Source: Thermoactinomyces sp. DSM 45891 (GTDB lineage: Bacteria; Bacillota; Bacilli; Thermoactinomycetales; Thermoactinomycetaceae). Taken from it: DNA of 32,000 nucleotides. The notes beneath the pieces were generated by a model. That model made no database searches. It was not told the DNA's origin and saw nothing but the letters and a program-made list of their open reading frames with translations. The stretch covers positions 91,263 to 123,262 of the forward strand of contig NZ_FPJZ01000006.1 of the NCBI RefSeq assembly GCF_900119485.1. Direction: 5' to 3'. The translations under genes were made by a program, and so were the position numbers. Of this stretch, positions 9,664 through 19,103 are shown one piece after another. Every line of letters begins with the position of its first letter. The first letter of the stretch is position 1.

Positions 9664-9692
9664 TAGTATTGCCGTTAGAGAAAGATGTATTC
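9664..9692 (-). promoter_or_regulatory. Forespore (sigma-F / sigma-G type) promoter for fin
   Basis: The minus strand reads GAATAcatctttctctaacGGCAATACTA. This fits the sigma-F form GGnnAnAnT and a near sigma-G -10 (AATACTA), with a GAATA -35. It lies in the 68-nt pth-fin spacer. Confidence 0.45.
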
Positions 9693-9697
9693 TCATC

Positions 9698-10255
9698 TCA
9701 TCCATTAAACCGATTCATGGCTAATAAAAAGGATTCCTCCACCCATGTCTCAACCGCTTGGGATGCACGATCAGCAGCACCCTCAGCAAAGGGCAGCTCT
9801 TCCTTCGAAAACGGTGAAAGCACATAGTCTGGAACAGCAAGGGAAACCGGTCTTCCAATTCCCAGACGAATTCGTTTAAACTGATCCGTTCCCAAATGGG
9901 CAATGGTCGACTTCATCCCATTATGACCGCCTGCACTCCCTTTTGTACGTAGGCGCACTTCTCCAAGAGGTAAATCCATCTCGTCATAGATGATAACCAG
10001 ATCCTCGATATCCATCTTGAGCCAGTCCATAGCAGGACGAATCGATTCACCAGATAAGTTCATATAGGTCATCGGTTTTAGTAAGATTACTTTCTCTCCA
10101 CGTACCATCCCTTCTCCGATGATCCCCTTCCACTTTTCTTTGTTTAGTGGGATTCCCCAGCGCTCACTTAATCGATCAATTGCCCAGAACCCAATGTTAT
10201 GGCGTGTAGGCTCGTATTTTTTTCCTGGATTCCCTAGGCCTACGATTAACTTCAT
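9698..10255 (-). CDS. pth: Peptidyl-tRNA hydrolase
   Basis: MKLIVGLGNPGKKYEPTRHNIGF and GGHNGMKS are Pth signatures. I set the start at ATG 10255 (GAGGAG 5 nt upstream). The track ORF begins 2 codons earlier at a GTG. Confidence 0.93.
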   Translation of the reverse strand: MKLIVGLGNPGKKYEPTRHNIGFWAIDRLSERWGIPLNKEKWKGIIGEGMVRGEKVILLKPMTYMNLSGESIRPAMDWLKMDIEDLVIIYDEMDLPLGEVRLRTKGSAGGHNGMKSTIAHLGTDQFKRIRLGIGRPVSLAVPDYVLSPFSKEELPFAEGAADRASQAVETWVEESFLLAMNRFNG

Positions 10256-10277
10256 TTCCACTCCTCATTTCTCTATG

Positions 10278-10315
10278 TAAAAAATAGCACAACCCCTCTG
10301 AGAAGTTGTGCTATT
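10278..10315 (-). terminator. Intrinsic terminator after prs
   Basis: A perfect 10-bp stem, atagcacaac / gttgtgctat, with an 11-nt loop, followed by UUUUUU on the minus-strand RNA. Confidence 0.65.
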
Positions 10316-10324
10316 GAACCAAAC

Positions 10325-11272
10325 TTAGTCGAATAGCTTACTTACTGATTGTTCATGGTGAACACGCATGATTGCCTCGCCTATTAACGGGGCAACCGAT
10401 AGGATTTTCGTTTTGTTTAACATTTTATCATCTGGAAGTGGGATCGTATCCGTTACAACCATCTCTGTTATACTCGCCTCACGGATGCGAGAAATCGCCG
10501 GACCTGAAAACACGGGATGCGTACAGCAAGCAAATACCTCTTTTGCACCTTGGTCCAAAATTGCATTGGCCGCCAGAGTAATCGTTCCTGCCGTATCAAT
10601 TAAATCATCAATAATGATCGCTGTTTTCCCACTAACATCACCCACAATATTCATCACTTCGGATACATTAGGCTCTGGACGACGCTTATCGATAATCGCG
10701 ATCGGAGCTTCTAGGCGCTCTGCTAAACGACGAGCACGAATCACGCCTCCATGGTCTGGAGAAACCACGACAATATCCTCGAGATTTTTACTCTGGAAAT
10801 ATTCTGCTAAAATCGGCACACCTAACAGATGATCGACAGGGATATTAAAAAAGCCTTGAATCTGTGTGGCATGAAGGTCCATCGTAATAACTCGATTTGC
10901 ACCCGCTGTTTCAATTAAATTTGCCACTAGCTTCGCAGTAATCGGATCACGAGCACGCGCTTTACGATCCTGTCTCGCATAGCCATAGTAAGGAAGTACA
11001 ACATTAATCGTCCCCGCAGATGCCCGCTTTAGTGCATCTACCATCACTAACATTTCCATAAGGTTTTGATTGACAGGGTTACATGTAGATTGGATTACAT
11101 ATACATCCGATCCTCGAACACTTTCATTCAACTTAATATGGATTTCTCCATCGCTAAACTTTCCAACTTGAGCATCTCCAAGAGGGATACCAATATGATC
11201 ACAAATTTTCTGCGCCAAATCTGGGTTTGAGTTACAACTAAATATTTGTAAACGCGAGCGATTAACTGACAT
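10325..11272 (-). CDS. prs: Ribose-phosphate pyrophosphokinase (PRPP synthetase)
   Basis: [26 protein letters not shown] and VSPDHGGV with the PRPP-binding loop [12 protein letters not shown] set the start at ATG 11272 (GGAGG 9 nt upstream). The upstream 23 codons in the track ORF overlap the glmU 3' end. Confidence 0.95.
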   Translation of the reverse strand: MSVNRSRLQIFSCNSNPDLAQKICDHIGIPLGDAQVGKFSDGEIHIKLNESVRGSDVYVIQSTCNPVNQNLMEMLVMVDALKRASAGTINVVLPYYGYARQDRKARARDPITAKLVANLIETAGANRVITMDLHATQIQGFFNIPVDHLLGVPILAEYFQSKNLEDIVVVSPDHGGVIRARRLAERLEAPIAIIDKRRPEPNVSEVMNIVGDVSGKTAIIIDDLIDTAGTITLAANAILDQGAKEVFACCTHPVFSGPAISRIREASITEMVVTDTIPLPDDKMLNKTKILSVAPLIGEAIMRVHHEQSVSKLFD

Positions 11273-11297
11273 GTGATGAGTGCCTCCGAATTCCTGC

Positions 11298-12686
11298 TTA
11301 CTTGTTACTATCTTTAATCTTTTCCATAAGGAGCTTGGCATAGCCTTCTTTCGTTACTTGACGCTGTCTTGCAATCGCAAATGAATCTTCTGGAACACGA
11401 TCTGTAATCGTTGAGCCTGCTGCTACATATGATCCCTTTTCAAGGGTAACAGGTGCCACTAAATTCACGTTACAACCGACAAATGAATCAGATTTAATCG
11501 TCGTTTTATGCTTTCTAATCCCATCATAGTTTACCGTTACCACACCACAAGCAATATTGACATTCTCGCCAACTACGGCATCACCTACATACGCCAAATG
11601 AGACACCTTCGTTCCCGAACCTAGCTCAGCCTTTTTCAAATCAACAAAACAGCCTACTTTTACATCTTCCCCTAGTTGTGTACCTGAACGCACATATACA
11701 AAAGGCCCTACACTTACATTTTTGTCAATTAAGCTCTCATGTATCACTGTATAAGATATATTACTAAAGTCGGCTACGGACACATCTTTCAAGTCTGCAC
11801 CGGGCCCAATTCGGCAGGCTTCTCCAATCACCGTTTGTCCACGTAAAAAACAACCTGGCTCAACAACGGTATCCTCACCAATCATGACATCCGCTTCTAT
11901 ATAGGTATTCTCAGGATGAACAATCGTAACCCCATTTAACATATGCCCACGAAGAATTCGCTCACGCATTAACTTCTCAGCTTCCGCTAACTGCAAACGA
12001 TCGTTTACACCCATCGCTTCATTTACATCTTGAATCACTTGTGCACTAATTCTCTCTCCGCCTTCACGTAGAATCGTGAGGGCATCAGGAAGATAGTACT
12101 CTCCTTGCGCATTATTATTGTTTACTTTTTCTAGAGCAGCAAACAATTTTTGATTATCGAAACAGAAGGTACCTGTATTTATCTCTTGAATGAGCAATTC
12201 ATCATCAGTAGCATCTTTATGCTCAACAATACGCTCTACGCTACCATCGTCATAGCGGACAACTCGTCCATAACCGGTAGCATCTTGCATATGAGCCGTT
12301 AAAACCGTTGCTGCAGCTCCCGATTTTTGATGTGTCTCAACAAGTTTTTGTAAGGTTTCTTTCGTAAAAAGAGGATGATCTCCATTTAAAACAATCGTTG
12401 TACCTTTTAAGTCTTGGAGTAAGGGCTTTGCTTGCATAACCGCATGGGCCGTTCCAAGTTGTTGCTCTTGCTGGGCAAATAATACTCCAGAAGATAATTT
12501 CGCCTTTACTGTTTCGCCCAAATAACCAACTACCATAATGGTCTTCGACGTACCTATCGCATGTAATTGATCAATCACATGCTGTACCATCGGCTTCCCG
12601 CAAACAGGGTGAAGAACTTTGTGCGTTTTGGACTTCATTCTTGTACCTTTCCCTGCTGCTAAGATCACCGCAAAGAGATTCTGCAT
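11298..12686 (-). CDS. glmU: Bifunctional GlcNAc-1-P uridylyltransferase / GlcN-1-P acetyltransferase
   Basis: The N-terminus has [14 protein letters not shown]. The C-terminal half is a left-handed beta-helix of hexapeptide repeats. I set the start at ATG 12686. The 36 upstream codons in the track ORF run through the spoVG terminator hairpin. Confidence 0.95.
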   Translation of the reverse strand: MQNLFAVILAAGKGTRMKSKTHKVLHPVCGKPMVQHVIDQLHAIGTSKTIMVVGYLGETVKAKLSSGVLFAQQEQQLGTAHAVMQAKPLLQDLKGTTIVLNGDHPLFTKETLQKLVETHQKSGAAATVLTAHMQDATGYGRVVRYDDGSVERIVEHKDATDDELLIQEINTGTFCFDNQKLFAALEKVNNNNAQGEYYLPDALTILREGGERISAQVIQDVNEAMGVNDRLQLAEAEKLMRERILRGHMLNGVTIVHPENTYIEADVMIGEDTVVEPGCFLRGQTVIGEACRIGPGADLKDVSVADFSNISYTVIHESLIDKNVSVGPFVYVRSGTQLGEDVKVGCFVDLKKAELGSGTKVSHLAYVGDAVVGENVNIACGVVTVNYDGIRKHKTTIKSDSFVGCNVNLVAPVTLEKGSYVAAGSTITDRVPEDSFAIARQRQVTKEGYAKLLMEKIKDSNK

Positions 12687-12784
12687 ACTCGATTTATGCC
12701 CCCGTTTCCTAGCAAACTTCCTTCCTGAATATATCCCAAAGTATACATGATTGCAACCAACGAATCCTAGTCCATTTAGACGAT

Positions 12785-12815
12785 AAAAAATCATCCTTAT
12801 CTAGGATGATTTTTT
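12785..12815 (-). terminator. Intrinsic terminator after spoVG (bidirectional shape)
   Basis: aaaaaatcatcc-ttatcta-ggatgatttttt: the A/T runs on both sides extend the stem. Confidence 0.65.
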
Positions 12816-12833
12816 GGATTATATCTATACAAT

Positions 12834-13136
12834 TTATGCATCCATGCTCACAGCACTAGGAACAGGGACCATATCCACTGGATCTTCCGTCCGATTATAC
12901 ACTTCCAATACAGCCGCTTCGATTTTTTCCCTGCTCGAAGGGGAGATTGGATGTGCAATATCACGGAAATCTCCATCTGGAGTACGTTTACTTGGCATTG
13001 CCACAAACATTCCATTATTTCCATCAATCACACGGATATCATGTACTACAAATTCACTATCGATCGTAATGGAAGCAATCGCACGCATTCTACCTTCTCG
13101 ATTTACTTTTCTAAGACGCACATCAGTTATTTGCAT
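12834..13136 (-). CDS. spoVG: Septation/sporulation regulator SpoVG
   Basis: [63 protein letters not shown] is nearly identical to the SpoVG core. The start is taken at the second ATG (13136). Confidence 0.93.
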   Translation of the reverse strand: MQITDVRLRKVNREGRMRAIASITIDSEFVVHDIRVIDGNNGMFVAMPSKRTPDGDFRDIAHPISPSSREKIEAAVLEVYNRTEDPVDMVPVPSAVSMDA

Positions 13137-13264
13137 CCTCATACACCACCCATTTCCAAAGATGACATAGTTCTACATTTCGAGATCGATCGTTTATTTC
13201 CTGCTAAAAAATGGGATTCAGGTAAAATTTTTTCTCGAAATCAGGATGCAAATAGGATGTTGCA

Positions 13265-13639
13265 CTACTTCTTAACTGCGATTACTTCCATTTCGATCAA
13301 GACATCTTTAGGCAGACGTGCTACTTCTAAGCAAGAACGGGCAGGACGATGATCCGCAAAGTATTCTGCATAAATTTCATTAATCGTTTGGAACTGATTC
13401 ATATCTTTAATAAAAAGCGTCGTCTTCACTACTTGCTCCAGCCCCACACCTGCTTCTTGCAGAACTGCTTCCACATTTCGCAAGACCTGATGCGTTTGCT
13501 CTACGATTCCACCTGAAACCAGTTCGCCTTCAGCCGTTAAGGGAATCTGCCCTGACGTAAAGATCATATTCCCTACAATCATCCCTTGTACATAGGGGCC
13601 AATTGCTTGAGGTGCATGATTCGTTTCAATTTTTTTCAT
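13265..13639 (-). CDS. ridA: RidA/YabJ family reactive-intermediate deaminase
   Basis: [12 protein letters not shown] and [24 protein letters not shown] are YjgF/RidA signatures. I set the start at ATG 13639 (AAAGGTGGAG upstream). It lies downstream of purR as in B. subtilis. Confidence 0.9.
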   Translation of the reverse strand: MKKIETNHAPQAIGPYVQGMIVGNMIFTSGQIPLTAEGELVSGGIVEQTHQVLRNVEAVLQEAGVGLEQVVKTTLFIKDMNQFQTINEIYAEYFADHRPARSCLEVARLPKDVLIEMEVIAVKK

Positions 13640-13677
13640 TTTGTCTCCACCTTTCTCTGTTCTATTCAAATTTCTGA

Positions 13678-14514
13678 TTACTCAACAAACTTATCTTTAA
13701 ACACATTTCCAATCCCGACTCGAAGCGTACGATCCCGCTCATGAATCTCAGACACACTGATCAAAGAAACAAAATCGTCTACAAATCGTCCGGGAACATG
13801 AGCTTCCGCTAACACTCCCACACCGACCACCGTTGCTTCAAACTCGAGACATAGATCTTGCAGGCCGCGAACCGTTCCACCAGCCTTCATAAAATCATCA
13901 ATAATCAATACACGCGATCCTTGAGGAAGGCTTCGCTTGGATAGAGAGAGCGGCTTTAGTTTCCCGCTTGATCCAGAAACAGTGTTAACTGTTACAACAG
14001 ATCCTTCGGTAACCCGGTAATCATAACGAGCAATCACGACCGGGACACGTAAATAGTTTGCTACCGCATAAGCTAATGGGATTCCCTTGATCTCAACTGT
14101 CAGGATGGCATCAATCTTAACACCTGCAAACAAAGTGGCCCAGATTCGACCTACTCTACTCAGCAATGTCGGATCTCCCAAAAGATCAGACATATATAAG
14201 AAGCCACCTGGTAAAATTCGCTCTGGTTTTTCCAGTTCCTCACAAAGTTTTACTAAAATTTCTTCTGTACGCGCCAAGTCCAATTTTGGGATATAACGGA
14301 CTCCGCCCGCAGCTCCTGCTACTGTCTCTAATTCACCGCTACCTTCACTGCGAAAAACTTCATCAATAATCGTTAGATCTTCACTAATAGATGACTTAGC
14401 AGACTGATATCTCTTTGCAAACATGGTTAGTGGGATCAGTCTGTAAGGCTGAGCAAGTAATTGATTCGTTAGATCAACTAGCCTCGCACTCCGTTTCCAT
14501 TTCTCTTTTTCCAT
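13678..14514 (-). CDS. purR: Purine operon repressor PurR
   Basis: [43 protein letters not shown] (winged-helix N-domain) plus a PRT-fold C-domain ([13 protein letters not shown]). I set the start at ATG 14514 (GGGGGT SD). Confidence 0.93.
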   Translation of the reverse strand: MEKEKWKRSARLVDLTNQLLAQPYRLIPLTMFAKRYQSAKSSISEDLTIIDEVFRSEGSGELETVAGAAGGVRYIPKLDLARTEEILVKLCEELEKPERILPGGFLYMSDLLGDPTLLSRVGRIWATLFAGVKIDAILTVEIKGIPLAYAVANYLRVPVVIARYDYRVTEGSVVTVNTVSGSSGKLKPLSLSKRSLPQGSRVLIIDDFMKAGGTVRGLQDLCLEFEATVVGVGVLAEAHVPGRFVDDFVSLISVSEIHERDRTLRVGIGNVFKDKFVE

Positions 14515-14592
14515 CAAAAATACCCCCGAAAATCCGAATATCATGACGGAAATATACCATTATGTACGGGTTTAATCAAGTGGAGACTCAAA

Positions 14593-15450
14593 TTAAACTC
14601 CTAACATTCGCACTGCAAACACTTGATCACAGAAGCCTCGAAGACCATTTACTATTCTCTTAGCTCGTGATTCCTTTCGAACCAAACCAAACACGGTAGG
14701 GCCGCTTCCGGACATTAAGACCCCGTCGGCACCGAATTGCTCCATCTTTTGTTTGATCTTATAAACCTCAGGATATAAGCCGATCGTAACTGGCTCTAGT
14801 ACATTTCCTAAATTCGCAAGTACCTTTTCATATGAGTTGGTTTGCAGTGCATCTACCATGGCTCTAGTATTCGGATGTGTCAAAATTTCATCCACACGAA
14901 GTTTTCCAAACACATCCCCTGTTGAAACGCCGTGCGTTGGTTTTGCAAGCACCACCCAACAACTAGGTGGAGATAAGATCGGCGTTAAAACCTCTCCTCT
15001 ACCTTCTGCAATAGCTGTATCCCCATAGATACAAAATGGTACATCTGAACCGATTTCAGCCCCGATCTCAGCCAATTCTTCCAATGAAAGACCTAGATTC
15101 CATAAACGATTACATCCTCGCAGAGTCGCCGCCGCATCGCTACTCCCCCCTGCAAGTCCAGCTGCTACTGGAATATGCTTATAAATTTTTATCTTCACAC
15201 CGCGATCAATACCTGTTTTTTGTTGTAGTAACTTCGCCGCAAGGTATGCCAGATTCCGCTCATCTTGCGGAACGAGGCCTGATGTACTTTCAAGCGAAAT
15301 TTCTGAGTAAGGTAGATCCATAAGGTCGATTCGGTCGGCCAAATCAACAGTTGTCATCACCATCTCTAAATCGTGATAGCCATCTGGGCGTTTACGAAGT
15401 GCATCTAAAGTTAGATTGATCTTAGCGGGTGCTTTTTCTGATGTGTACAT
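14593..15450 (-). CDS. ispE: 4-diphosphocytidyl-2-C-methyl-D-erythritol kinase
   Basis: [10 protein letters not shown] and the GHMP kinase motif [16 protein letters not shown] set the start at ATG 15450 (GGGAGGAAG SD). The track ORF is extended 25 codons upstream. Confidence 0.93.
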   Translation of the reverse strand: MYTSEKAPAKINLTLDALRKRPDGYHDLEMVMTTVDLADRIDLMDLPYSEISLESTSGLVPQDERNLAYLAAKLLQQKTGIDRGVKIKIYKHIPVAAGLAGGSSDAAATLRGCNRLWNLGLSLEELAEIGAEIGSDVPFCIYGDTAIAEGRGEVLTPILSPPSCWVVLAKPTHGVSTGDVFGKLRVDEILTHPNTRAMVDALQTNSYEKVLANLGNVLEPVTIGLYPEVYKIKQKMEQFGADGVLMSGSGPTVFGLVRKESRAKRIVNGLRGFCDQVFAVRMLGV

Positions 15451-15529
15451 TTCTCTTCCTCCCAGCACCTTGTTCATTTCTCTTCCGAAGTATCTGATGA
15501 TCCTATTGTACCACGGTATTCCCATACTC

Positions 15530-15567
15530 GAAATGAAAAAAGAAAAGCCGAGGATTACTCCCCAGCT
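15530..15567 (-). terminator. Intrinsic terminator after sspF
   Basis: The minus-strand RNA is AGCUGGGG-AGUAAU-CCUCGGCU (8 bp, 2 G-U pairs) followed by UUUUCUUUUUU. Confidence 0.5.
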
Positions 15568-15588
15568 ACCCTAAGCCTATCTTCTCGA

Positions 15589-15762
15589 TTACGACTTCTG
15601 AACTAGTTGCTCCTGTGCGATCTGGATTGAGCGTTTGACCATATTGCCTGCGTCACTCGCTTTAATACCACCCCATCCATCACGCTGCACAACCTCATAA
15701 AACCCTAGCTCTTTTGCCAATTCGACCTTAAAGGACTCGGACATTACACCTCGACGTGACAT
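15589..15762 (-). CDS. sspF: Small acid-soluble spore protein, SspF type (57 aa, below the ORF-track cutoff)
   Basis: My hand translation is [57 protein letters not shown]. It closely parallels B. subtilis SspF ([30 protein letters not shown]). A GAGGAGGAA SD lies upstream. The position between veg and ispE is canonical. Confidence 0.85.
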   Translation of the reverse strand: MSRRGVMSESFKVELAKELGFYEVVQRDGWGGIKASDAGNMVKRSIQIAQEQLVQKS

Positions 15763-15807
15763 AATCCATTCCTCCTCTTTGATTCAAGTAGACATTTAGG
15801 GTATTCC

Positions 15808-15837
15808 TAGTATCTGAACAGTCACTGCCGTTTATGT
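15808..15837 (-). promoter_or_regulatory. Possible forespore (sigma-G-like) promoter for sspF
   Basis: The minus strand reads ACATA-N18-GATACTA. It is an imperfect match to GnATR-N18-CATnnTA, with one mismatch in each element. Confidence 0.3.
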
Positions 15838-15864
15838 AAAAAAAACAAGACCCTAGAGGTCTTG
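15838..15864 (-). terminator. Intrinsic terminator after veg
   Basis: The minus-strand RNA is CAAGACC-UCUAG-GGUCUUG followed by eight U. Confidence 0.7.
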
Positions 15865-15869
15865 TCCGA

Positions 15870-16151
15870 TTATTGAGTAGCTCTGATGTACTTAACTGGA
15901 ACGAGTTGGTCATTTTGAAAAACTTTCAACTCTACTGATTCCGTCAGTATATCCGCATAACTGTATGAAACGCGTTCAAAGGCGTGTTGATCTTCATCTA
16001 ACTTCACAATAAAAACGGAAGGGTATGTTTCTTCTAATATACCCGTACGTTCAATGGTCTTACGGCGTCCACTGTTCGCTTTTAATCGGATTCTTTCTCC
16101 AATAAAGCTGTCCAGAGTTAGCTTGATTTCAGATAGAGCATTTTTGCCCAT
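15870..16151 (-). CDS. veg: Veg protein (biofilm/sporulation-associated small DNA-binding protein)
   Basis: [49 protein letters not shown] is the conserved Veg core. I set the start at ATG 16151 (GAGGTGG 8 nt upstream). Confidence 0.9.
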   Translation of the reverse strand: MGKNALSEIKLTLDSFIGERIRLKANSGRRKTIERTGILEETYPSVFIVKLDEDQHAFERVSYSYADILTESVELKVFQNDQLVPVKYIRATQ

Positions 16152-16177
16152 AAATTCGACCACCTCACTTGTAGAAG

Positions 16178-16206
16178 ATTATATAACAAGTGAGGCTCGA
16201 AGTCAA
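16178..16206 (-). promoter_or_regulatory. veg promoter P2 (sigma-A)
   Basis: The minus strand reads TTGACT-17 nt-TATAAT. Confidence 0.6.
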
Positions 16207-16213
16207 ATCAGGT

Positions 16214-16243
16214 ATTATAGCAGTCATTAATTCCTTTTGTCAA
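16214..16243 (-). promoter_or_regulatory. veg promoter P1 (sigma-A)
   Basis: The minus strand reads TTGACA-18 nt-TATAAT, with TGc immediately before the -10 and an A-tract upstream. Confidence 0.55.
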
Positions 16244-16252
16244 TCCTATTTT

Positions 16253-16726
16253 TTATCGTGTAAAGCGATCGGCTACAGCGGATGCCGCATAGGATTCTGG
16301 CTTAATTTTCGCTTGATACCCAACTGCCGTTACCCATCCGACTACTTCCTGAATTACTTTACGCGTTTCACCTTGTTGTCCAATGTCCAAATGAATTTCC
16401 ATCTGTATATCAGAAAACATACGGAAAAACCCATGCTCTTTCAGTAGATCCACACAAGTTAAACTATACTCAGTTTCACGATAGATCCGATAACGTAGTT
16501 CCTTCATCTGACTATGTGTTCGTTTTGTATAGAAGAAAAGCGCCCCTTTTCCAACCCTTTGTATAATAATCGCCGTTACAAAGACAGTCTCTTTATAACG
16601 GGTCATCGAGTCGGTCCCTATCATCAACTTATACTCCGAGTTAGGATCTTCCCGCACATACTTCTGAATCTCAGACATCATTTCCTCGAAGCTACATTTA
16701 CCCCTTCGCGGATGATAAAAATGCAC
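16253..16726 (-). CDS. DUF458 / YkuK-family RNase H-like protein
   Basis: The 157-aa ORF has YKLMIGTDS, TVFVTAIIIQRVGKGALFFY and MEIHLDIG, as I remember for the YkuK family. The start is GTG at 16726, with GGAGGG 6 nt upstream. Confidence 0.75.
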   Translation of the reverse strand: MHFYHPRRGKCSFEEMMSEIQKYVREDPNSEYKLMIGTDSMTRYKETVFVTAIIIQRVGKGALFFYTKRTHSQMKELRYRIYRETEYSLTCVDLLKEHGFFRMFSDIQMEIHLDIGQQGETRKVIQEVVGWVTAVGYQAKIKPESYAASAVADRFTR

Positions 16727-16766
16727 AAGTATCCCTCCAGATTTGAGTCAAGGAACTCGAATCACA

Positions 16767-17645
16767 CTACCTTCCTTGAGAAAAACGCTCCCACGCTTCT
16801 GTTAATGTTGCAAATTCAGCTAGATGTAGGGTTTCTCCTCTTCGCTGTGGATCGATTCCCGCTTGATTCAGGAAGTCTGCTACATCTGATTTCGCCAAAT
16901 GAGAAAAAAGCTGGGAATGGAGTGTGTTTAATAGTGTTTTTCGACGCTGGGCAAAGGATGCTCTTACTATTTTAAAGAATAAACTTTCATTCGACACATT
17001 CACAGCAGGCGCCTCACGTCGCGATAACTTAACAACAGCAGAATCTACATTGGGTCTCGGCACAAATACATGGCTTGGGACCTTGGTAACGAGGGAAGTT
17101 TCTGTGTAATATTGAACCAAAACACTAAGCGAGCCATAGTCTTTGGTCCCTGGTTTTGCTACTAAACGATCGGCAACCTCTTTTTGAATCATGATTACGA
17201 TATTTTGGAGAGGAAGTTTCTCTTCTAATAAACGAATCAAAATAGGTGAAGTAACGTAGTAAGGAAGATTTGCCACAACGTGAATACTATTACATTCCCC
17301 AAAGTTTTCCGAAATAATCTCATGAAAGTCAACCTTCAAAGCATCCCCATGAATCACTTCTATGTTTAGCTGCTTCTCAAAGACGTCTCCTAGAACAGGG
17401 ATTAGACGTTGATCTAACTCCACAGCCACTACTTTCTTAGCACGCTCACTTAATCGTTCCGTGAGAGCGCCAATTCCCGGACCAATCTCAATCACACCGG
17501 CACGCTCATCTAAGTCCGCCGCATCAGCAATTTGTTCTAAAACTCGATCATCTGTTAAAAAGTTTTGTCCTAAGCTCTTCTTTAAACCCAGTTTATATTT
17601 GGCAAGGATTTGCTTTGTATTTTGTGAAATCGTTCTATGTGACAT
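16767..17645 (-). CDS. rsmA: 16S rRNA (adenine1518/1519-N6)-dimethyltransferase
   Basis: KKSLGQNFL, the SAM motif VIEIGPGIGALT, and NLPYYVTSPIL. It overlaps the rnmV stop by 11 nt. Confidence 0.95.
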   Translation of the reverse strand: MSHRTISQNTKQILAKYKLGLKKSLGQNFLTDDRVLEQIADAADLDERAGVIEIGPGIGALTERLSERAKKVVAVELDQRLIPVLGDVFEKQLNIEVIHGDALKVDFHEIISENFGECNSIHVVANLPYYVTSPILIRLLEEKLPLQNIVIMIQKEVADRLVAKPGTKDYGSLSVLVQYYTETSLVTKVPSHVFVPRPNVDSAVVKLSRREAPAVNVSNESLFFKIVRASFAQRRKTLLNTLHSQLFSHLAKSDVADFLNQAGIDPQRRGETLHLAEFATLTEAWERFSQGR

Positions 17646-18204
17646 CCTCTAGTTCCTCTCTTACCTGTAACCAGGCACTAATCAATTCTTCTTTGGTAAC
17701 CTGCAGAGCATGAAGCCGCTGATAGAAGTTCTTGGCATTTGCAAATCCAATTCCTAAGCGATCCGCTACTTTTTGACGTAAGCGGCTCGAATCCGGAAAC
17801 CCTGTGAACCCCATATCAATATAGTCTTCCCACGAAATGGATTCTACTTGCTCATATCCTATATCACTTCTCACATGGAGCAAGGCTTCGCGGATATCCT
17901 CACATGTTGCATGCTCAACCCCTATCTTCTTACGCCCTCTTGCCTTATCTTGTGGTAAGAAAGCATGTTTCACGCCAGGCACCGCTTGTGATATCACTCG
18001 TCGAATTCGCTCCCCTGCATAATCAGGATCTGTAAATATTATGACGCCCCTCTTGGATTGGGCACGGCGCACTTGATCAATCACTTCTTTTCCAATCGCT
18101 GAGCCTCTCGTTTCAATGGTGTCTGCTTTCACAGCACGTTTAATCGTAACCGTATCATTTCTGCCTTCTACTACGATCATTTCATGTATTTGAATCTCAG
18201 ACAA
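17635..18204 (-). CDS. rnmV: Ribonuclease M5 (Toprim domain)
   Basis: IVVEGRNDTVTIKRAV and IIFTDPDYAGERIR are Toprim motifs. The position upstream of rsmA is canonical. Confidence 0.9.
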   Translation of the reverse strand: MSEIQIHEMIVVEGRNDTVTIKRAVKADTIETRGSAIGKEVIDQVRRAQSKRGVIIFTDPDYAGERIRRVISQAVPGVKHAFLPQDKARGRKKIGVEHATCEDIREALLHVRSDIGYEQVESISWEDYIDMGFTGFPDSSRLRQKVADRLGIGFANAKNFYQRLHALQVTKEELISAWLQVREELEDVT

Positions 18205-18285
18205 TGTCTTTTACACAACCTTTACAAAACGATGTAAGCTTACTTTACTTAACAGGACTGTTCATTTATCATCTATTTCACACGT

Positions 18286-19068
18286 TCAAACCGAAACCCG
18301 AAATAGCCTCATCGCATTAGCCGTCGTAATCTCAGCGATCTCCTCCACCGAAATCCCTCGAATCTCAGCGATCTGCTCCGCAACAAGCCTCACATAGCCC
18401 GTTTCATTCCGTTTCCCTCGGTACGGATGCGGTGCCAGATACGGACAGTCTGTCTCTAACAAAAGTCGATCTTCTGGCACCAATCGAGCGATCTCTTTAG
18501 GCAACTTTGCATTTTTAAAGGTAACAGGACCTCCCAGTCCAATGTAAAAATTCATTTCGAGAGCAGCTTCCATAATGGCCTCATCGCCTCCGAAACAATG
18601 TAACACGCCACCTACTTCTTCAGCATGTTCCGATCGCAGAATGCGAATCACATCTTCATGTGCATCCCGATCATGAATAATAATGGGTAATTGTACTTCA
18701 CGTGCAAGCCGAATCTGTTCTTTAAAAACATGGGCTTGTACCTCTTTCGGAGAAGTGTCCCAGTGATAGTCTAACCCCATCTCACCTAATGCTATCACTT
18801 TTGGATGCGCAGCTAATTCGCGCAAATAGCCAAGATCCTCTTCTTGATAGGTAATTGCATCTGTCGGGTGCCAGCCCACCGCACTATAAATAAAATCATA
18901 TTTCTCTGCTAGCTCGATAGAGGACTGAATTGTCTCTCTGTTAAAGCCCACATTTAACATCCAGCTAACCCCATACTCTTCTCTAGCACGACGAATCACT
19001 TCTTCTCGATCTTGATCAAATTGTTTATCATTCAGATGTGTATGTGTGTCAAAAATCATGTTTGTCAT
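18286..19068 (-). CDS. tatD: TatD-family metal-dependent DNase/hydrolase (YabD)
   Basis: FDTHTHLND, GEMGLDYHW, PIIIHDRDAHED and ETDCPYLAP are TatD signature motifs. Confidence 0.92.
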   Translation of the reverse strand: MTNMIFDTHTHLNDKQFDQDREEVIRRAREEYGVSWMLNVGFNRETIQSSIELAEKYDFIYSAVGWHPTDAITYQEEDLGYLRELAAHPKVIALGEMGLDYHWDTSPKEVQAHVFKEQIRLAREVQLPIIIHDRDAHEDVIRILRSEHAEEVGGVLHCFGGDEAIMEAALEMNFYIGLGGPVTFKNAKLPKEIARLVPEDRLLLETDCPYLAPHPYRGKRNETGYVRLVAEQIAEIRGISVEEIAEITTANAMRLFRVSV

Positions 19069-19075
19069 CCTCTCT

Positions 19076-19103
19076 AAAGGAAAAACAGCCCCAGGCGGAC
19101 TGT
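19076..19103 (-). terminator. Terminator-like hairpin after the signal peptidase gene
   Basis: The minus-strand RNA is ACAGUCC-GCCUG-GGGCUGU (7 bp, 1 G-U pair) followed by UUUUUCCUUU. It starts at the sip stop codon and ends about 8 nt before the tatD SD. Confidence 0.5.

Noticed and set aside
10368-10832. 154-aa plus-strand ORF antisense to prs, and similar antisense ORFs at 12814-13170, 8841-9206, 8235-8588, 30161-30481 and 27486-27770
   Set aside because: All lie opposite strongly conserved housekeeping genes, lack SDs, and have non-protein-like composition. They are shadow frames.
12687-12794. N-terminal extensions in the track ORFs for glmU (12687-12794), prs (11273-11341), ispE (15451-15525), tmk (29840-29911), purR, ridA, abrB and nurA
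   Set aside because: The extensions lack SDs and overlap upstream genes or terminator hairpins. Internal start codons with GGAGG-type SDs align with the known N-termini of the families.
14528-14541. PurBox-like sequence AAAATCCGAATAT upstream of purR
   Set aside because: It is a single imperfect half-site (C to T at a conserved position) lying between the SD and any plausible promoter. I could not find the properly spaced inverted partner box that PurR requires.
15728-15913. 61-aa minus-strand ORF spanning the veg-sspF spacer
   Set aside because: It overlaps the veg terminator and the true sspF start in another frame. The SspF-type reading frame (15589-15762) has an SD and clear family similarity.
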